This document shows, in pieces, positions 26,622-36,452 of a stretch of 64,000 bases of DNA (position 1 is its first letter; each line of letters starts with the position of its first letter). The notes beneath the pieces are model-generated. The model did not search any database, had not been told where the DNA came from, and saw only the letters and a list, made by a program, of their open reading frames with translations. The DNA comes from Anaerolineae bacterium (GTDB taxonomy: Bacteria > Chloroflexota > Anaerolineae > CG2-30-64-16), in NCBI GenBank assembly GCA_040772005.1, contig JAXGYZ010000002.1:101546-165545 (forward strand), written 5' to 3'. The position numbers and the translations under genes are program-made.

Positions 26622-27593
26622 TTACACGCGCAGATACGAATCCGCGTAGATGACCTTGTTCAACAAAATCTGGACGGTCTTCCAGATGGCAACCTGCTCG
26701 GGGTCGGAGAAGTCCACCTGGTCCTGCGACAGTTCTTCCTGCGCGGCCACGGCATCGTGCAGGGCCAGCAGCAGGCGGCCGATGGCCGTGCTGTCATCCC
26801 GCTCCTCGACGATGCGGATGAACTCGTTCTGTTTGGCGTCCAGCGGGTCCGCGATCATCGTATCCAGGCCCGCACCCATCAACATGACGCAGTACACGCG
26901 GTTGATGAGCGGGCGCATCTCGTTGGGCACGGCGTTCGATACATTGCTGAGCCCGACCTGCACATCTGCGCCCGTCACCTTCAGGATGCGGACCGCCTCG
27001 ATGCACTCCGGCACGTATTGCTGGCAGCCGCTCACAGTCAACACCAGGGGGTCGATAATCAGGTTCTCCAGCGGCATGCCCACTTCTTCCCAGCGCGGGA
27101 TGAGCTCCTCCAACGCGATGTTGACCCGCTCCTCCGCGCTCACCGGGATCCCTTCGCTGCGCATGGTCAGGGCAATCAGCTTGGTGTTGTACTTGGCCGC
27201 GACCAGCGGCACATTCGCCAGGCGCTCCGGTTCCGCGGAGGTGGAGTTGATGATCGGCTGCTGCTTGACGACCTCGCACGCAGCCTCGATGGCGGCCAGG
27301 TTCGTGGTGTCCAGGCACAGCGGCACGTCCACCGCCTCTTGCACGGTCTGCACCAGCCAGGGCAGCAGCCGGACGCCGTTCTTCTTCTGGGGCCCGATGT
27401 TCAGGTCCACGGCCCAGGCGCCCGCTTCAACCTGGCGCCGCGCCGAATCTTGAAAGAACGTGCGGGCACGGGTCAGCAGCTCTTCGCGTTCCGAGTCTGT
27501 TAGGTCTTCTTTGTTCCAAGCATCGACTGCGTACCCCACCGCTTCCTTGACTCTGGGGGACAGGATATGGATATTCTCGCCGATGATACGCAT
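26622..27593 (-). CDS. acsE: methyltetrahydrofolate:corrinoid iron-sulfur protein methyltransferase AcsE (pterin-binding MeTr)
   Basis: ATG 27593 with GGAGGAAG ribosome-binding site (MRIIGENIHILSPRV). Pterin-binding TIM-barrel motifs (LCLDTTN ... INSTSAE). Confidence 0.75.
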   Translation of the reverse strand: MRIIGENIHILSPRVKEAVGYAVDAWNKEDLTDSEREELLTRARTFFQDSARRQVEAGAWAVDLNIGPQKKNGVRLLPWLVQTVQEAVDVPLCLDTTNLAAIEAACEVVKQQPIINSTSAEPERLANVPLVAAKYNTKLIALTMRSEGIPVSAEERVNIALEELIPRWEEVGMPLENLIIDPLVLTVSGCQQYVPECIEAVRILKVTGADVQVGLSNVSNAVPNEMRPLINRVYCVMLMGAGLDTMIADPLDAKQNEFIRIVEERDDSTAIGRLLLALHDAVAAQEELSQDQVDFSDPEQVAIWKTVQILLNKVIYADSYLRV

Positions 27594-27619
27594 GAAACTT
27601 CCTCCTCGGTGGATGTTGA

Positions 27620-28405
27620 CTAGGTGTACTGTAGTGCTTCCTTGGCTTCCTTGCGCACGACATACGCGCGGTCCCACGCAAAATGCTCATCTTCGCCCAA
27701 CAGATGGCGGCAAGTCTCAGCCAGGGCGCCGTACTCATCCTGGGTCAGGTGGCCGTATTTTGCGAGCTTGCCGAGGCTGCGGATAGCCTTCGCTCGAATT
27801 GCGGGGCTGGCATCCGCCAGGTTCGCCTGAAGCTGCTCGACGACGCTCTGGCGCAGCCCGGCGGGGAGCTGGCCGGCCGGGATGGACTCGACGAACTTGC
27901 CCAGCGCACGGGTCGCGCTGTCGCGCAGCTCGACCTCGGGCGAGGCTGCGGCTTCCAGGGCCACGGGCACCGCGTCGATGATCTTCGGGGATTTGACCTT
28001 GCCGAGCGCGTAGAGGATGAACGCGCGGCAGGCTGCCTCCGGGCACGTCTGGTGGTACTCCGCGACCAGCGGCGCAATGGCATCTGCTCCCATCCGCCCC
28101 AACACCTGTGCCACGGCCATCTGCGCTTTCACGTCGCCGGCTTCAAGGTTCTGAATCAAGGTCGGGATGGCCCACTTCCCGAAGCTGCCGATGAGCGCGA
28201 TGGCGTTCTCCAGCGCCGGAACGAGGTCGGGCCGGTCCAGTGGGTCGATATAGAACAGCGCGGAGACCATCTCGAGAAACCGGCTGCCTTCTTCCTCGGT
28301 CATGCGGTGCATGTGCGCCCGGATGGTCTCCAGTCCGCGCTCGACATCGTCGGCGTCGGCGCTGGCGAGCAGGTTGCCGATTGAGCGGTAGAGGTCCTCT
28401 TGCAT
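27620..28405 (-). CDS. HEAT-repeat (PBS-lyase-like) protein
   Basis: Repeated HEAT-like AxxALGxxG helices (VAQVLGRMGADAIAPL ... RAFILYALGKV ... AIRSLGKL). Start chosen at ATG 28405, which has an AAGGAGG ribosome-binding site. Confidence 0.5.
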   Translation of the reverse strand: MQEDLYRSIGNLLASADADDVERGLETIRAHMHRMTEEEGSRFLEMVSALFYIDPLDRPDLVPALENAIALIGSFGKWAIPTLIQNLEAGDVKAQMAVAQVLGRMGADAIAPLVAEYHQTCPEAACRAFILYALGKVKSPKIIDAVPVALEAAASPEVELRDSATRALGKFVESIPAGQLPAGLRQSVVEQLQANLADASPAIRAKAIRSLGKLAKYGHLTQDEYGALAETCRHLLGEDEHFAWDRAYVVRKEAKEALQYT

Positions 28406-28535
28406 GGCGTCCTCCTTGAGGATCAGGTTCATCTCACGCAAAGGCGCAAAGTGCGCCAAGAAACATTTGGATCCGACATGGCTTTGCGGACTTTGCGTCT
28501 CGGCGTGAGCCTCTCCACAGGCATTCAGTTGCAGG

Positions 28536-29567
28536 TCAGTAGCTCACGCGCAGGACTTTGGCGCCCCGAATCCGGCGTGCCTTGAGTTCCACCAGGGCCT
28601 GGTTGGCTGTCTCCAGCTCGTACTCCTGCACTTCCGGCAATATCGGCGTCTCGGCGGCCAGCGCCAGGAACTCGCTTACGTCCTGGCGTGTCACATTGGC
28701 AACGCTCTTGATTTCCCGCTCCAGCCACAGATGGGCCGGATAGTCGAGCCGCAGCAGCGCGTCACGGTCACGGTCTTCCTTGCGAATCGCGTTGATGACC
28801 AGCCGGCCGCCTGGCGCCAGGTTGCGCAGCGCTGCGACGACCGGTGTCCAGGCGGGCGTCGTGTCGATGATGGCGTCCAGCGGGACCGGGCTGGTGGCGT
28901 CAGTGTGGCCTGCCCAGGCCGCCCCCAGCTCCCGCGCGAAGGCCTGCTCTGTCTCCGTGCGCGAGAAAACGTACACCGGCATGTGCGGGTAGCGGTGGCG
29001 CACCATCTTCAACACCAGGTGCGCGGAGGCGCCGAACCCCGTCAGCCCGAGTGCCTGTCCATCGTGCAGCCCGGTCAGCCGCATGGAGCGGTAGCCGATG
29101 GCCCCGGCACAGAGCAGCGGTGCAGCCTGTGCATCGGTGAACACCTCCGGGATGCGGTAGGCAAACGCCTCCGGCACAACCATATACTCCGCATACCCGC
29201 CGTGTGCATCGCGGCCCGTCGCACGGAACTGCGGACACAGGTTCTCCTGCCCGCTGAGACACCAGGGGCACGCGCCGCACGCCGAGTAAATCCACGCGAC
29301 GCCGACCCGCTCGCCCAGGTTGAATGCGCTTGCGTCTGCACCGCGTGCCGCCACGCGGCCGACGACTTGATGGCCCAACACGATGGGCAACTGTGGCGGC
29401 GGCGTGCGGCCCTCGATTTCATCCAGCTCCGTATGACACACGCCGCAGGCGGTCACGCGGAGCAGAATCTCCCCTTCGCCCGGTTCCGGCACGGGCAGGT
29501 CCACGCGCTGCAACGGCTCCGGGTTGTCCGCGAGCTGCGTGATGGCGGGAAGGATCATCGCGCGCAT
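28536..29567 (-). CDS. zinc-dependent alcohol dehydrogenase family oxidoreductase
   Basis: Catalytic-Zn motif GVCHTELDEIEG, structural-Zn cysteines (CGACPWC ... C) and a Rossmann GxGxxG (GLTGFGASAHL). Confidence 0.7.
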   Translation of the reverse strand: MRAMILPAITQLADNPEPLQRVDLPVPEPGEGEILLRVTACGVCHTELDEIEGRTPPPQLPIVLGHQVVGRVAARGADASAFNLGERVGVAWIYSACGACPWCLSGQENLCPQFRATGRDAHGGYAEYMVVPEAFAYRIPEVFTDAQAAPLLCAGAIGYRSMRLTGLHDGQALGLTGFGASAHLVLKMVRHRYPHMPVYVFSRTETEQAFARELGAAWAGHTDATSPVPLDAIIDTTPAWTPVVAALRNLAPGGRLVINAIRKEDRDRDALLRLDYPAHLWLEREIKSVANVTRQDVSEFLALAAETPILPEVQEYELETANQALVELKARRIRGAKVLRVSY

Positions 29568-29587
29568 GGGGTGGTTCAGCCCTTGGC

Positions 29588-30334
29588 CTATCCCACCAAC
29601 TGCCGCGCGACCTCTGCGACGGCCCGGCTGATAAGCGCATCGTCCGGCAGTTCGACCAGCGCGCGGCCCTGGCTGTCATATTCTGCGATGAGCGGGTCAT
29701 AGGGCAGCGCGGCGAGCAGCGGCACGCCCATGCCCTCCGCCTTTGCCCGCAGCGCCGGCGTCAGCTCTCCCTGCACCCGGTTGATAATCAGATGGGTGTT
29801 GCGGACCCGCACCTCCAGGTCCTTGCTCAGCCCGACCATCGCCTCTGCCGCGACCATGCCGCGCATGCTGGCGTCGCTGACGAGAATCAGGTGGTCGACA
29901 TCGCGCGTCGTGCGGCGGCTCAGGTGCTCCATGCCCGCCTCGTTGTCCATCACCACCCAGTCATAGCCGCGGTTGATGCCATCCATGATATTGCGCAGCA
30001 TGTGGTTCGCCGCGCAATAGCAGCCCTGGCCTTCGGGGCGGCCCATGGCCAGCAGGTCGAAGTCGTCGCCTTCCTCGACAGCCATGCGCACCGCGTAGCT
30101 CAGGAAGTCCTGGCGCGTCTGGCCGGGCGTCACCCCCGTGCGCGCCTCCTCGCGGATGTCGCCGATGGTCTGCGTCAGGTGCATGCCGAGCACGAGATGC
30201 AGGTTGCTCGACGGGTCAGCGTCAATTGCCAGAATCTTGCCGCCCTTGTGGGCCACCAGATAGCGGACCAGCAGGCCGCAGAACGTGGTCTTGCCCGTTC
30301 CGCCCTTGCCGGCGACCGCGATGGTCATCGTCAT
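29588..30334 (-). CDS. cooC: CO dehydrogenase nickel-insertion ATPase CooC (AcsF-type)
   Basis: Deviant Walker A (AVAGKGGTGKTT) and the CxC metal site (GCYCAAN) of CooC/MinD-family maturation ATPases. Confidence 0.75.
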   Translation of the reverse strand: MTMTIAVAGKGGTGKTTFCGLLVRYLVAHKGGKILAIDADPSSNLHLVLGMHLTQTIGDIREEARTGVTPGQTRQDFLSYAVRMAVEEGDDFDLLAMGRPEGQGCYCAANHMLRNIMDGINRGYDWVVMDNEAGMEHLSRRTTRDVDHLILVSDASMRGMVAAEAMVGLSKDLEVRVRNTHLIINRVQGELTPALRAKAEGMGVPLLAALPYDPLIAEYDSQGRALVELPDDALISRAVAEVARQLVG

Positions 30335-30915
30335 CAGAACAGTTCTCCCGGTCGTCTAAGATAGTTCACCAACACAACCATGTCGAGCGTCTCGCCCTCA
30401 GCCGTCATAAAGAGGTCCTTCCAGACAAACTGGCGCTCGAAGCCCAATCGCTCGAAGGCGTGGATGACCTGGGGCCGACTCTCGACGACCTCCGCAATGA
30501 CCTGATGGAGGCCCAGCTTACGGGCGATTTCGAGCTGGCCGCGAACCATGGCCGACCCGATGCCGCGACGGCGAAATTCGCGCGCCAGGAAGATGCGCGT
30601 CTCCGCGATGTGCCGCGTGAAGCCGCTGCCCAGGTGGAGCGTCGAATTGCCGACGATGCGCTCACCGACGAGCGCCACCAGTGGGAAGACGCGCGTGTAA
30701 TCCGGTTTTTCCGCCCAGCTTGCCACCAGCTCCATATTGGTGATGTTGCTGCGGAAGACCTGGGTCTCTTCGGGCGGCAGGTTGGCGAATAGAGCCACCA
30801 GCGCGTCACGATCTTTGGTAACCAAGGGCCGGAGCAGGACGCGCAGCCCATCAGGCAGCGTAACGAGGTGGCGGTAGTTCGTAAGTTGGTCTGCTGACTC
30901 CACAACCGTGGCCAT
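30334..30915 (-). CDS. GNAT-family N-acetyltransferase
   Basis: ATG 30915 with AGGAGG ribosome-binding site. Acetyl-CoA binding motif (REFRRRGIGSAMV). The upstream part of the tool ORF overlaps the RACo gene and is non-coding. Confidence 0.6.
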   Translation of the reverse strand: MATVVESADQLTNYRHLVTLPDGLRVLLRPLVTKDRDALVALFANLPPEETQVFRSNITNMELVASWAEKPDYTRVFPLVALVGERIVGNSTLHLGSGFTRHIAETRIFLAREFRRRGIGSAMVRGQLEIARKLGLHQVIAEVVESRPQVIHAFERLGFERQFVWKDLFMTAEGETLDMVVLVNYLRRPGELF

Positions 30916-30994
30916 GCGATTCCTCCTACTGGCAAGCGCTGAAGGGGGCGACGGGGTATCCAACCCCTGATATTCTACCATCCTTTGCCCTTCT

Positions 30995-33022
30995 TCAGCC
31001 CGGCAAAACGGCCTGTACGGATGGGAATTGCGATGCATCCGTATGCGGCAGGAACAGCGCGGAGGTGAATGCGTCGTAGAAGCTGTTATCCGCCGAAAGT
31101 TCAAGATATGTCATCGTCTGCGCGACCTCGGACAGATGTGCGCGCACGTCTCGGCGCAGCAGCGCCATGTACGCCCCGCGAATCGAAGTGTTACCGAGGA
31201 AGCGGAAGCGATCCCAGGGGGAGGCGCTGCCGGGCGGCGCAGGCAGGTCGGGCAGCAGGCCGATCTGGACGGCCTTTTCGACGTTGATGTACTGGCCGAA
31301 GGAGCCGCCGATGAGCATTTGTGAGACATCGGCCAGGTCTACGCCGACGCTCTGCGCCATGACGGTGAATCCGGCGTAGATGGCGGCCTTGGCGCGCATG
31401 AGGTTGTCGATGTCGATCTTGCTGATGGCGATGTCGCGGCCATGCGCGGTCTCGCGGCCCCACGCAACGACATATTCAGGCCCATGCTCGCCCTCACGGA
31501 TGCGCGGGGAGCGGCCCACCTGGAGATTGCCGGCCTTGTCCACGACGCCGGTCACAAACATCTCGGCCAGCAGCCCCAGCAGCCCGGAACCGCAGATGCC
31601 CCTGGGTTTCTCGCCCTCGCGACCGATGACACGGTAGTCCGGCTCCAGCGTGTCGTTGTTGATCCAGACTTCTTCGATCGCGCCCGCGGTGGCGCGCATG
31701 CCGTATTCGACGCCGCCGCCCTCGAAGGCGGGACCTGCGGAACAGGCGCACGTGACGAGCCAGTCGGCATTGCCCAGCACGGTCTCGCCGTTGGTGCCCA
31801 CGTCGATGAACAGCGTCAACTCGGCGGCCTCATCCATGCGCGTGCTCAGCACGCCCGCGCTGATGTCCGCGCCTACATAGCTGGCCACGCCGGGCAGACA
31901 ATCGACCAGCGCCTGCGGGTGCGCCGCCAGCCCCAACTCCGCGGCGGTCAGCGCCGGCACATGGTTGACGGCCGGGATGAAGGGCGCAAGACGAATCTGG
32001 TCGGGCGGGATGCTCAACAGCAGGTGCATCATCGTGGGATTGCCGGCGATGGTGAGCTTGAAGACCTCATCCGGCCGCGCGTTGACTTGCTTGCAGGCAG
32101 CCGCCAGGAGCCGGTTGATTGTGCCGGTCACCAGACCTTGCAGCTCTTCCAGGTTTTCCGGCTTGCGCGCATAGATGATGCGCGAGATGACGTCCTCCCC
32201 GCGCGCAATCTGGCCGTTGTAGTCGCTGGCCTGGGCCACGACCTCGCCGCTCTCCAGGTCCACAAGCCAGACGGTCACGGTGGTCGTGCCGATGTCGACG
32301 GCCGCGCCGAAGTTGCGGTCGGATTGGTCGCCGGGCAGCAGGGCCAGCACCTGCGGCGGGCCGTCCGGCTGATCCCACGTATCGAGCGCCACGACGGCGG
32401 TGACTTCCCACGGTTCATATGGCGTGGAGACAATGCCCTCCTCGCCTGAACCGTTGGTCGGCGGAGGCGCGACAGCCGTATCATCCGTGGCTGCGATCTC
32501 GCCGCGCAGGATGCCGCCCATGCTGCGCAGGACGGCCAGGCTGGTGCGCGGCGCGGCCAGGCCGAGGCGGGTCAGCTCGCGCGTGACGCGCGACCAGTCA
32601 TCGGTCTGGTCCGCGTAGTCGGGAGGTGCCAGGCGCAGGAAATAGCGCCGGATAGGTTGGTGGCGGTCAGGATCGTATTCGAAGGGTACTTCGATGCGCG
32701 CCGCGGCCTTCTGCGTGGTGAGGCGGCGTTCGATGGCCTCCTGCGGCGGGATGGTGACCCAGGCGTCGCCCTCGATGACCGTCTGGCAGGCAAGCGCATA
32801 GCCCGCCGCGACATCCTCGTCGGAGAGGCGCATGGTGGAACGGCGGCGGACTACGGAACGGCTGTCGTCTACGATGACCGCACAGCGGCCACAGCGTCCC
32901 TGCCCGCCGCAGGGCTGGTTGATGTCGAACCCGGCCTTGCGCGCCGCTTCGCCCAGCGTCGTGCCGCCGGGCATTTCGACGGCCACGCCGCCGGGTTCAA
33001 AGTAAATGGTGTAGTTAGCCAT
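30995..33022 (-). CDS. corrinoid activation/regeneration protein (RACo; 2Fe-2S ferredoxin domain plus ASKHA ATPase)
   Basis: Start ATG 33022 (MANYTIYFEPGG). N-terminal plant-type ferredoxin cysteines (CGGQGRCGRCAV ... C) and a C-terminal ASKHA fold (DIGTTTV ... IDVGTNGE). Confidence 0.7.
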   Translation of the reverse strand: MANYTIYFEPGGVAVEMPGGTTLGEAARKAGFDINQPCGGQGRCGRCAVIVDDSRSVVRRRSTMRLSDEDVAAGYALACQTVIEGDAWVTIPPQEAIERRLTTQKAAARIEVPFEYDPDRHQPIRRYFLRLAPPDYADQTDDWSRVTRELTRLGLAAPRTSLAVLRSMGGILRGEIAATDDTAVAPPPTNGSGEEGIVSTPYEPWEVTAVVALDTWDQPDGPPQVLALLPGDQSDRNFGAAVDIGTTTVTVWLVDLESGEVVAQASDYNGQIARGEDVISRIIYARKPENLEELQGLVTGTINRLLAAACKQVNARPDEVFKLTIAGNPTMMHLLLSIPPDQIRLAPFIPAVNHVPALTAAELGLAAHPQALVDCLPGVASYVGADISAGVLSTRMDEAAELTLFIDVGTNGETVLGNADWLVTCACSAGPAFEGGGVEYGMRATAGAIEEVWINNDTLEPDYRVIGREGEKPRGICGSGLLGLLAEMFVTGVVDKAGNLQVGRSPRIREGEHGPEYVVAWGRETAHGRDIAISKIDIDNLMRAKAAIYAGFTVMAQSVGVDLADVSQMLIGGSFGQYINVEKAVQIGLLPDLPAPPGSASPWDRFRFLGNTSIRGAYMALLRRDVRAHLSEVAQTMTYLELSADNSFYDAFTSALFLPHTDASQFPSVQAVLPG

Positions 33023-33025
33023 GAC

Positions 33026-33118
33026 GATTTCGATTGAAGATTGAAGATTGAAGATTACCGATTGAAGCATTTGTTCGAAAGCCGCAAATCTTCAGTCCGC
33101 AATCTTCAATCTGTAATC
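33026..33118. repeat. palindrome of tandem GATTGAA heptamers
   Basis: gatttcgattgaagattgaagattgaagattaccgattgaag / gattacagattgaagattgcggactgaagattt (reverse complement of the right arm). Lies between the RACo start and the nfnB stop. Confidence 0.55.
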
Positions 33119-33123
33119 CAACG

Positions 33124-34602
33124 TTATCCGATATCCCACATCGCCGGGTCGCTCAGGAACTCGTGCATGTCCGCCGCGGCCCGCTTGCCTGCGCCCATTG
33201 CGCTGATGACCGTCGCCGCGCCCGTAACGACATCGCCGCCCGCCCAGACGCCGGGCTTGTTGGTGCGGCCCGTCTCCGGGTCAGCGACCACCGTGCCGTG
33301 CCGCGTGCGTTCCAGGCCCTTTGCATCCGTGAAGACGATGGGGTTGGGGCTGGTGCCCAGGGCGAAGATGACGGTGTCGACCGGCATGTCGAACTCGGAG
33401 CCGTCGATCGGCACCGGCGAGCGCCGTCCCGATGCATCCGGCTCGCCCAGCTCCATGCGGATGCAGCGCATGGCCCGCGCGTTGCCCTGCTCGTCGCCCA
33501 GGATGGCGATCGGGTTGGTCAGGAAGTCGAAGATGACGCCTTCCTCCTCCGCATGGTGGAACTCCTCCTCACGAGCCGGCACTTCCGCGCGCGAGCGGCG
33601 GTAGACGACATGCACCTCCCCGCGCGCGCTGTGGCCGTTCCCGCCGGCCAGCCGCTGCCGCTCCGCCTGGAGCGTCTGCAGGCGCAGCGCGCTGCGCGCG
33701 GCGTCCATTGCCACGTTGCCCGCGCCGATGACGGCCACATGCTTGCCGACCTTGACGGGCGTGTCGTATTCGGGGAAGCGGTAGCCCTTCATCAGGTTGA
33801 CGCGCGTCAGGAACTCGTTGGCCGACATGACGCCGTTCAGGTTGATGCCGGGGATGCGCATGAAGCTCGGCAGGCCCGCGCCGGTGCCCATGAACACGGC
33901 ATCGTATTCTTCGAGCAGCTCGTCGATCGTGTAGGTGTTGCCGATGACGTGGTCGGTGCGCAGCTCGATGCCCAGGTAATCCACGGCCTTCTTCAGCTCG
34001 GCCTGGATGATGCTCTTGGGCAGGCGGAACTCCGGGATGCCATAAATGAGCACGCCGCCGGGCAGGTGCAGCGATTCGAAGATGGTCACCTTGTGGCCCA
34101 GCTTCGCCAGGTCCATCGCGCACGTCAGGCCCGCAGGACCGGAGCCAACGACGGCGACCTTGCGGCCGGTGGGCGGCGCGGGCACGGGTGGATGGCTGTT
34201 CTCGCGGATGCTGTAGTCGCCCACGAACCGCTCCAGCCGGCCGATGGCGACCGGCTGGCCCTTCTTTGCCAGGATGCAGTACGCCTCGCACTGCGATTCC
34301 TGCGGGCAGACGCGGCCACAGATGGCGGGCAGGTTGTTCTTCTGCTGCATCGCGGCCACTGCGCCCTCGAAGTCGCCCTCGCGCAGCGCCTTGATGAACT
34401 GCGGGATGGTCACGCCGACCGGACAGCCTTCCACACAATGCGGCTTGGCGCACTGCAGGCAGCGTTCGGCTTCCAGCCGCGCCAGCTCCCAGGTCAGGCC
34501 GAGCGCCACTTCCTCGAAGTTGCCGGCGCGCACTTCCGGTTCCTGCGTCGGCATGTCCTGCCGCTTGATCTGCATCCGCTCGCGATTAGTTAGCTCTGCC
34601 AT
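33124..34602 (-). CDS. nfnB: NfnB-like NADPH-dependent glutamate-synthase-small-subunit-type oxidoreductase (Fd:NADP oxidoreductase beta subunit)
   Basis: Start ATG 34602 (MAELTNRERM). Two 4Fe-4S motifs (CLQCAKPHCVEGCP and CGRVCPQESQCEAYC) plus FAD and NADPH Rossmann motifs (VAVVGSGPAGL; VAVIGAGNVAMD). Confidence 0.65.
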   Translation of the reverse strand: MAELTNRERMQIKRQDMPTQEPEVRAGNFEEVALGLTWELARLEAERCLQCAKPHCVEGCPVGVTIPQFIKALREGDFEGAVAAMQQKNNLPAICGRVCPQESQCEAYCILAKKGQPVAIGRLERFVGDYSIRENSHPPVPAPPTGRKVAVVGSGPAGLTCAMDLAKLGHKVTIFESLHLPGGVLIYGIPEFRLPKSIIQAELKKAVDYLGIELRTDHVIGNTYTIDELLEEYDAVFMGTGAGLPSFMRIPGINLNGVMSANEFLTRVNLMKGYRFPEYDTPVKVGKHVAVIGAGNVAMDAARSALRLQTLQAERQRLAGGNGHSARGEVHVVYRRSRAEVPAREEEFHHAEEEGVIFDFLTNPIAILGDEQGNARAMRCIRMELGEPDASGRRSPVPIDGSEFDMPVDTVIFALGTSPNPIVFTDAKGLERTRHGTVVADPETGRTNKPGVWAGGDVVTGAATVISAMGAGKRAAADMHEFLSDPAMWDIG

Positions 34603-34603
34603 C

Positions 34604-35500
34604 TTAGTTCTCCCCGGATGCAGCCAGTTCGCGCGCTGCAACATCCAGATTGCACTCACTGCCGTCCGCGTGCTCATGGTGCTGCCAGTGCTCGACGGCG
34701 AGCTGTTCTTCGGCCTTGTAGAACTGGATGCGTGAGAGCAGGTTGTTCCAGTCCACCTTATGGCCGTCGAACTCCGGGCCGTCCACGCAGACGAATTTCG
34801 CGCCGTCGGTCATCGCGACGCGGCAGCCGCCGCACATGCCCGTGCCGTCGATCATAATCGTGTTCAGGCTGACGATGGTCGGTACGTCGAACGGCGCGGT
34901 GGTGGCCGAGACAAACTTCATCATGATCGTCGGCCCAATGGCCCACACCTTCTTGACCTCATCGCCGCGCACTGTAAGAATCTCCTTGAGCGGCTCGGTG
35001 ACGAGCGCCTTGCGGCCATAGGACCCGTCGTCGGTGCAGACGATCAGCTCATCCGAGACGGCCCGCATCTTGTCTTCCCAGAACAGCAAGCTCTGGTTGC
35101 GCGCACCCATGATGGTGATAACGTGATTGCCGGCGGCCTTCAGGTCCCGTGCAATGGGATACATAGGCGCGATGCCGACGCCGCCCGCCACGCAGATGAT
35201 GGTTCCATAGGGTTCGATTTCAGTCGGGTGGCCGAGCGGCCCCGCGACCGAATAGAACCCATCACCGACGTTGAGCTCGCCCATCTGCTGCGTGGACTTG
35301 CCGACTTCCTGGAAGATGAGCGTGATCGTCCCGACCGCGCGGTCATGGTCGGCGATGGTCAGCGGGATGCGCTCGCCCTGCTCATCCACGATGACGATCA
35401 CGAATTGGCCGGCGCGCGCCTTGCGTGCCACGTGCGGGGCCTCCACGACCATCAGCTTCGTGACATCGCTGAGCACCTGTTTTTCGAGGATCTTGTACAT
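34604..35500 (-). CDS. nfnA: NfnA-like ferredoxin-NADP reductase subunit (PyrK/SudB-type FAD and 2Fe-2S protein)
   Basis: ATG with GAGAGG ribosome-binding site (MYKILEKQVL). FAD-binding barrel and the C-terminal 2Fe-2S cysteines (MCGGCRV ... C). Confidence 0.65.
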   Translation of the reverse strand: MYKILEKQVLSDVTKLMVVEAPHVARKARAGQFVIVIVDEQGERIPLTIADHDRAVGTITLIFQEVGKSTQQMGELNVGDGFYSVAGPLGHPTEIEPYGTIICVAGGVGIAPMYPIARDLKAAGNHVITIMGARNQSLLFWEDKMRAVSDELIVCTDDGSYGRKALVTEPLKEILTVRGDEVKKVWAIGPTIMMKFVSATTAPFDVPTIVSLNTIMIDGTGMCGGCRVAMTDGAKFVCVDGPEFDGHKVDWNNLLSRIQFYKAEEQLAVEHWQHHEHADGSECNLDVAARELAASGEN

Positions 35501-35632
35501 TTTGCCTCTCAATATAACGGGAGACGCCCGGATCAGCGTCTGCCGTAAGCGGTAAGACACCAGTCCTTAGCGTACTCCTGTTGATGCTCAAAAGGAATGA
35601 TTAGCGTCAGGATATCAAGCTCGAATGCGCGG

Positions 35633-36043
35633 CTAACTGGCTTGTACAAAACCGGCCATTTGGAAATGCCTGTCGAATGTGAAGGCATCCGTGATTTCAC
35701 GCTGGCGCATGACTGCAAAGCTCATGGCATCTGCCAGGCTCAATTCCTGGTCTTTGAACTGGCGCAGGATTCTCGCTGCGAGCAGGTCGCTGTCGGGATC
35801 GGCATAAATCATCTGTAGACGATGGGTCTGACGGATGGATTCCAGAAACCGGATGGCGGGGTCAAAGCCGCTGACACGCCGGATGGCAATATGCGCCTCT
35901 GCGATGACCAGATTCGTGGTTACCAGTTCCCACCGTTCGCTCACCAACCGTTTGTAGATCGGTGTCGCAACCGAGTGAAACTGATCTCGCTGGCTGACCA
36001 CCGCAATCCAGGCGCTCGCGTCTACGAAGACTTCTCGCGCCAT
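35633..36043 (-). CDS. vapC: PIN-domain ribonuclease toxin VapC
   Basis: VFVDASAWIA (first PIN acidic residue) ... LVTTNLVIAEA ... TDAFTFDRHF (PIN catalytic D/E residues); 136 aa. Confidence 0.75.
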   Translation of the reverse strand: MAREVFVDASAWIAVVSQRDQFHSVATPIYKRLVSERWELVTTNLVIAEAHIAIRRVSGFDPAIRFLESIRQTHRLQMIYADPDSDLLAARILRQFKDQELSLADAMSFAVMRQREITDAFTFDRHFQMAGFVQAS

Positions 36044-36300
36044 TCCCTGCTTTCCTCTCGGATAGCTTGCACGATGTACTCGTCGTGTTTCTCGGCCAGG
36101 TCAGGGGGCGCGTTCTCCACAATGCCGATGATATTCCAAAGGGGGTCTTCCTCCAGCGGCACTTCGCTCAGGATATGATTGACGCCCTGGCGAATCAACT
36201 CGCCCATCGAGACCCCGCGCCGCTCCGCCAGCGCGCGCAGCGCGCGCAGTTGCTCTGGCTCCAGGTAGACCTGAATCGGCTTTTTATTGATAACCACCAT
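36022..36300 (-). CDS. vapB: ribbon-helix-helix antitoxin VapB (CopG/Arc family)
   Basis: 92-aa ORF overlapping the vapC start by 22 nt. RHH motif (IQVYLEPEQLRALRALAERRGVSMGELIRQG); GGAGG ribosome-binding site. Confidence 0.65.
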   Translation of the reverse strand: MVVINKKPIQVYLEPEQLRALRALAERRGVSMGELIRQGVNHILSEVPLEEDPLWNIIGIVENAPPDLAEKHDEYIVQAIREESREWREKSS

Positions 36301-36380
36301 GGTATTAACCTCCGGTGATATAGGTCATTCTACATCACTTTTGGGTGTCTTGCAAAGGTGGTCCGGCGACTGAAGGCACG

Positions 36381-36447
36381 GGCCACCGAGTTGCGTAGCA
36401 ACCCGGTGGCCACAACCTTCAACCTGTAACCTTTAGACCTGCAAACG
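36381..36447. repeat. 8-bp-stem hairpin plus a solo arm of the GGTTRCA heptamer palindrome family
   Basis: ggccaccg-agttgcgtagcaacc-cggtggcc followed by aaccttcaacctgtaacctttagacctgcaaacg, which resembles the right arms at 12131-12172 and 53041-53079. Confidence 0.4.
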
Positions 36448-36452
36448 CGTCC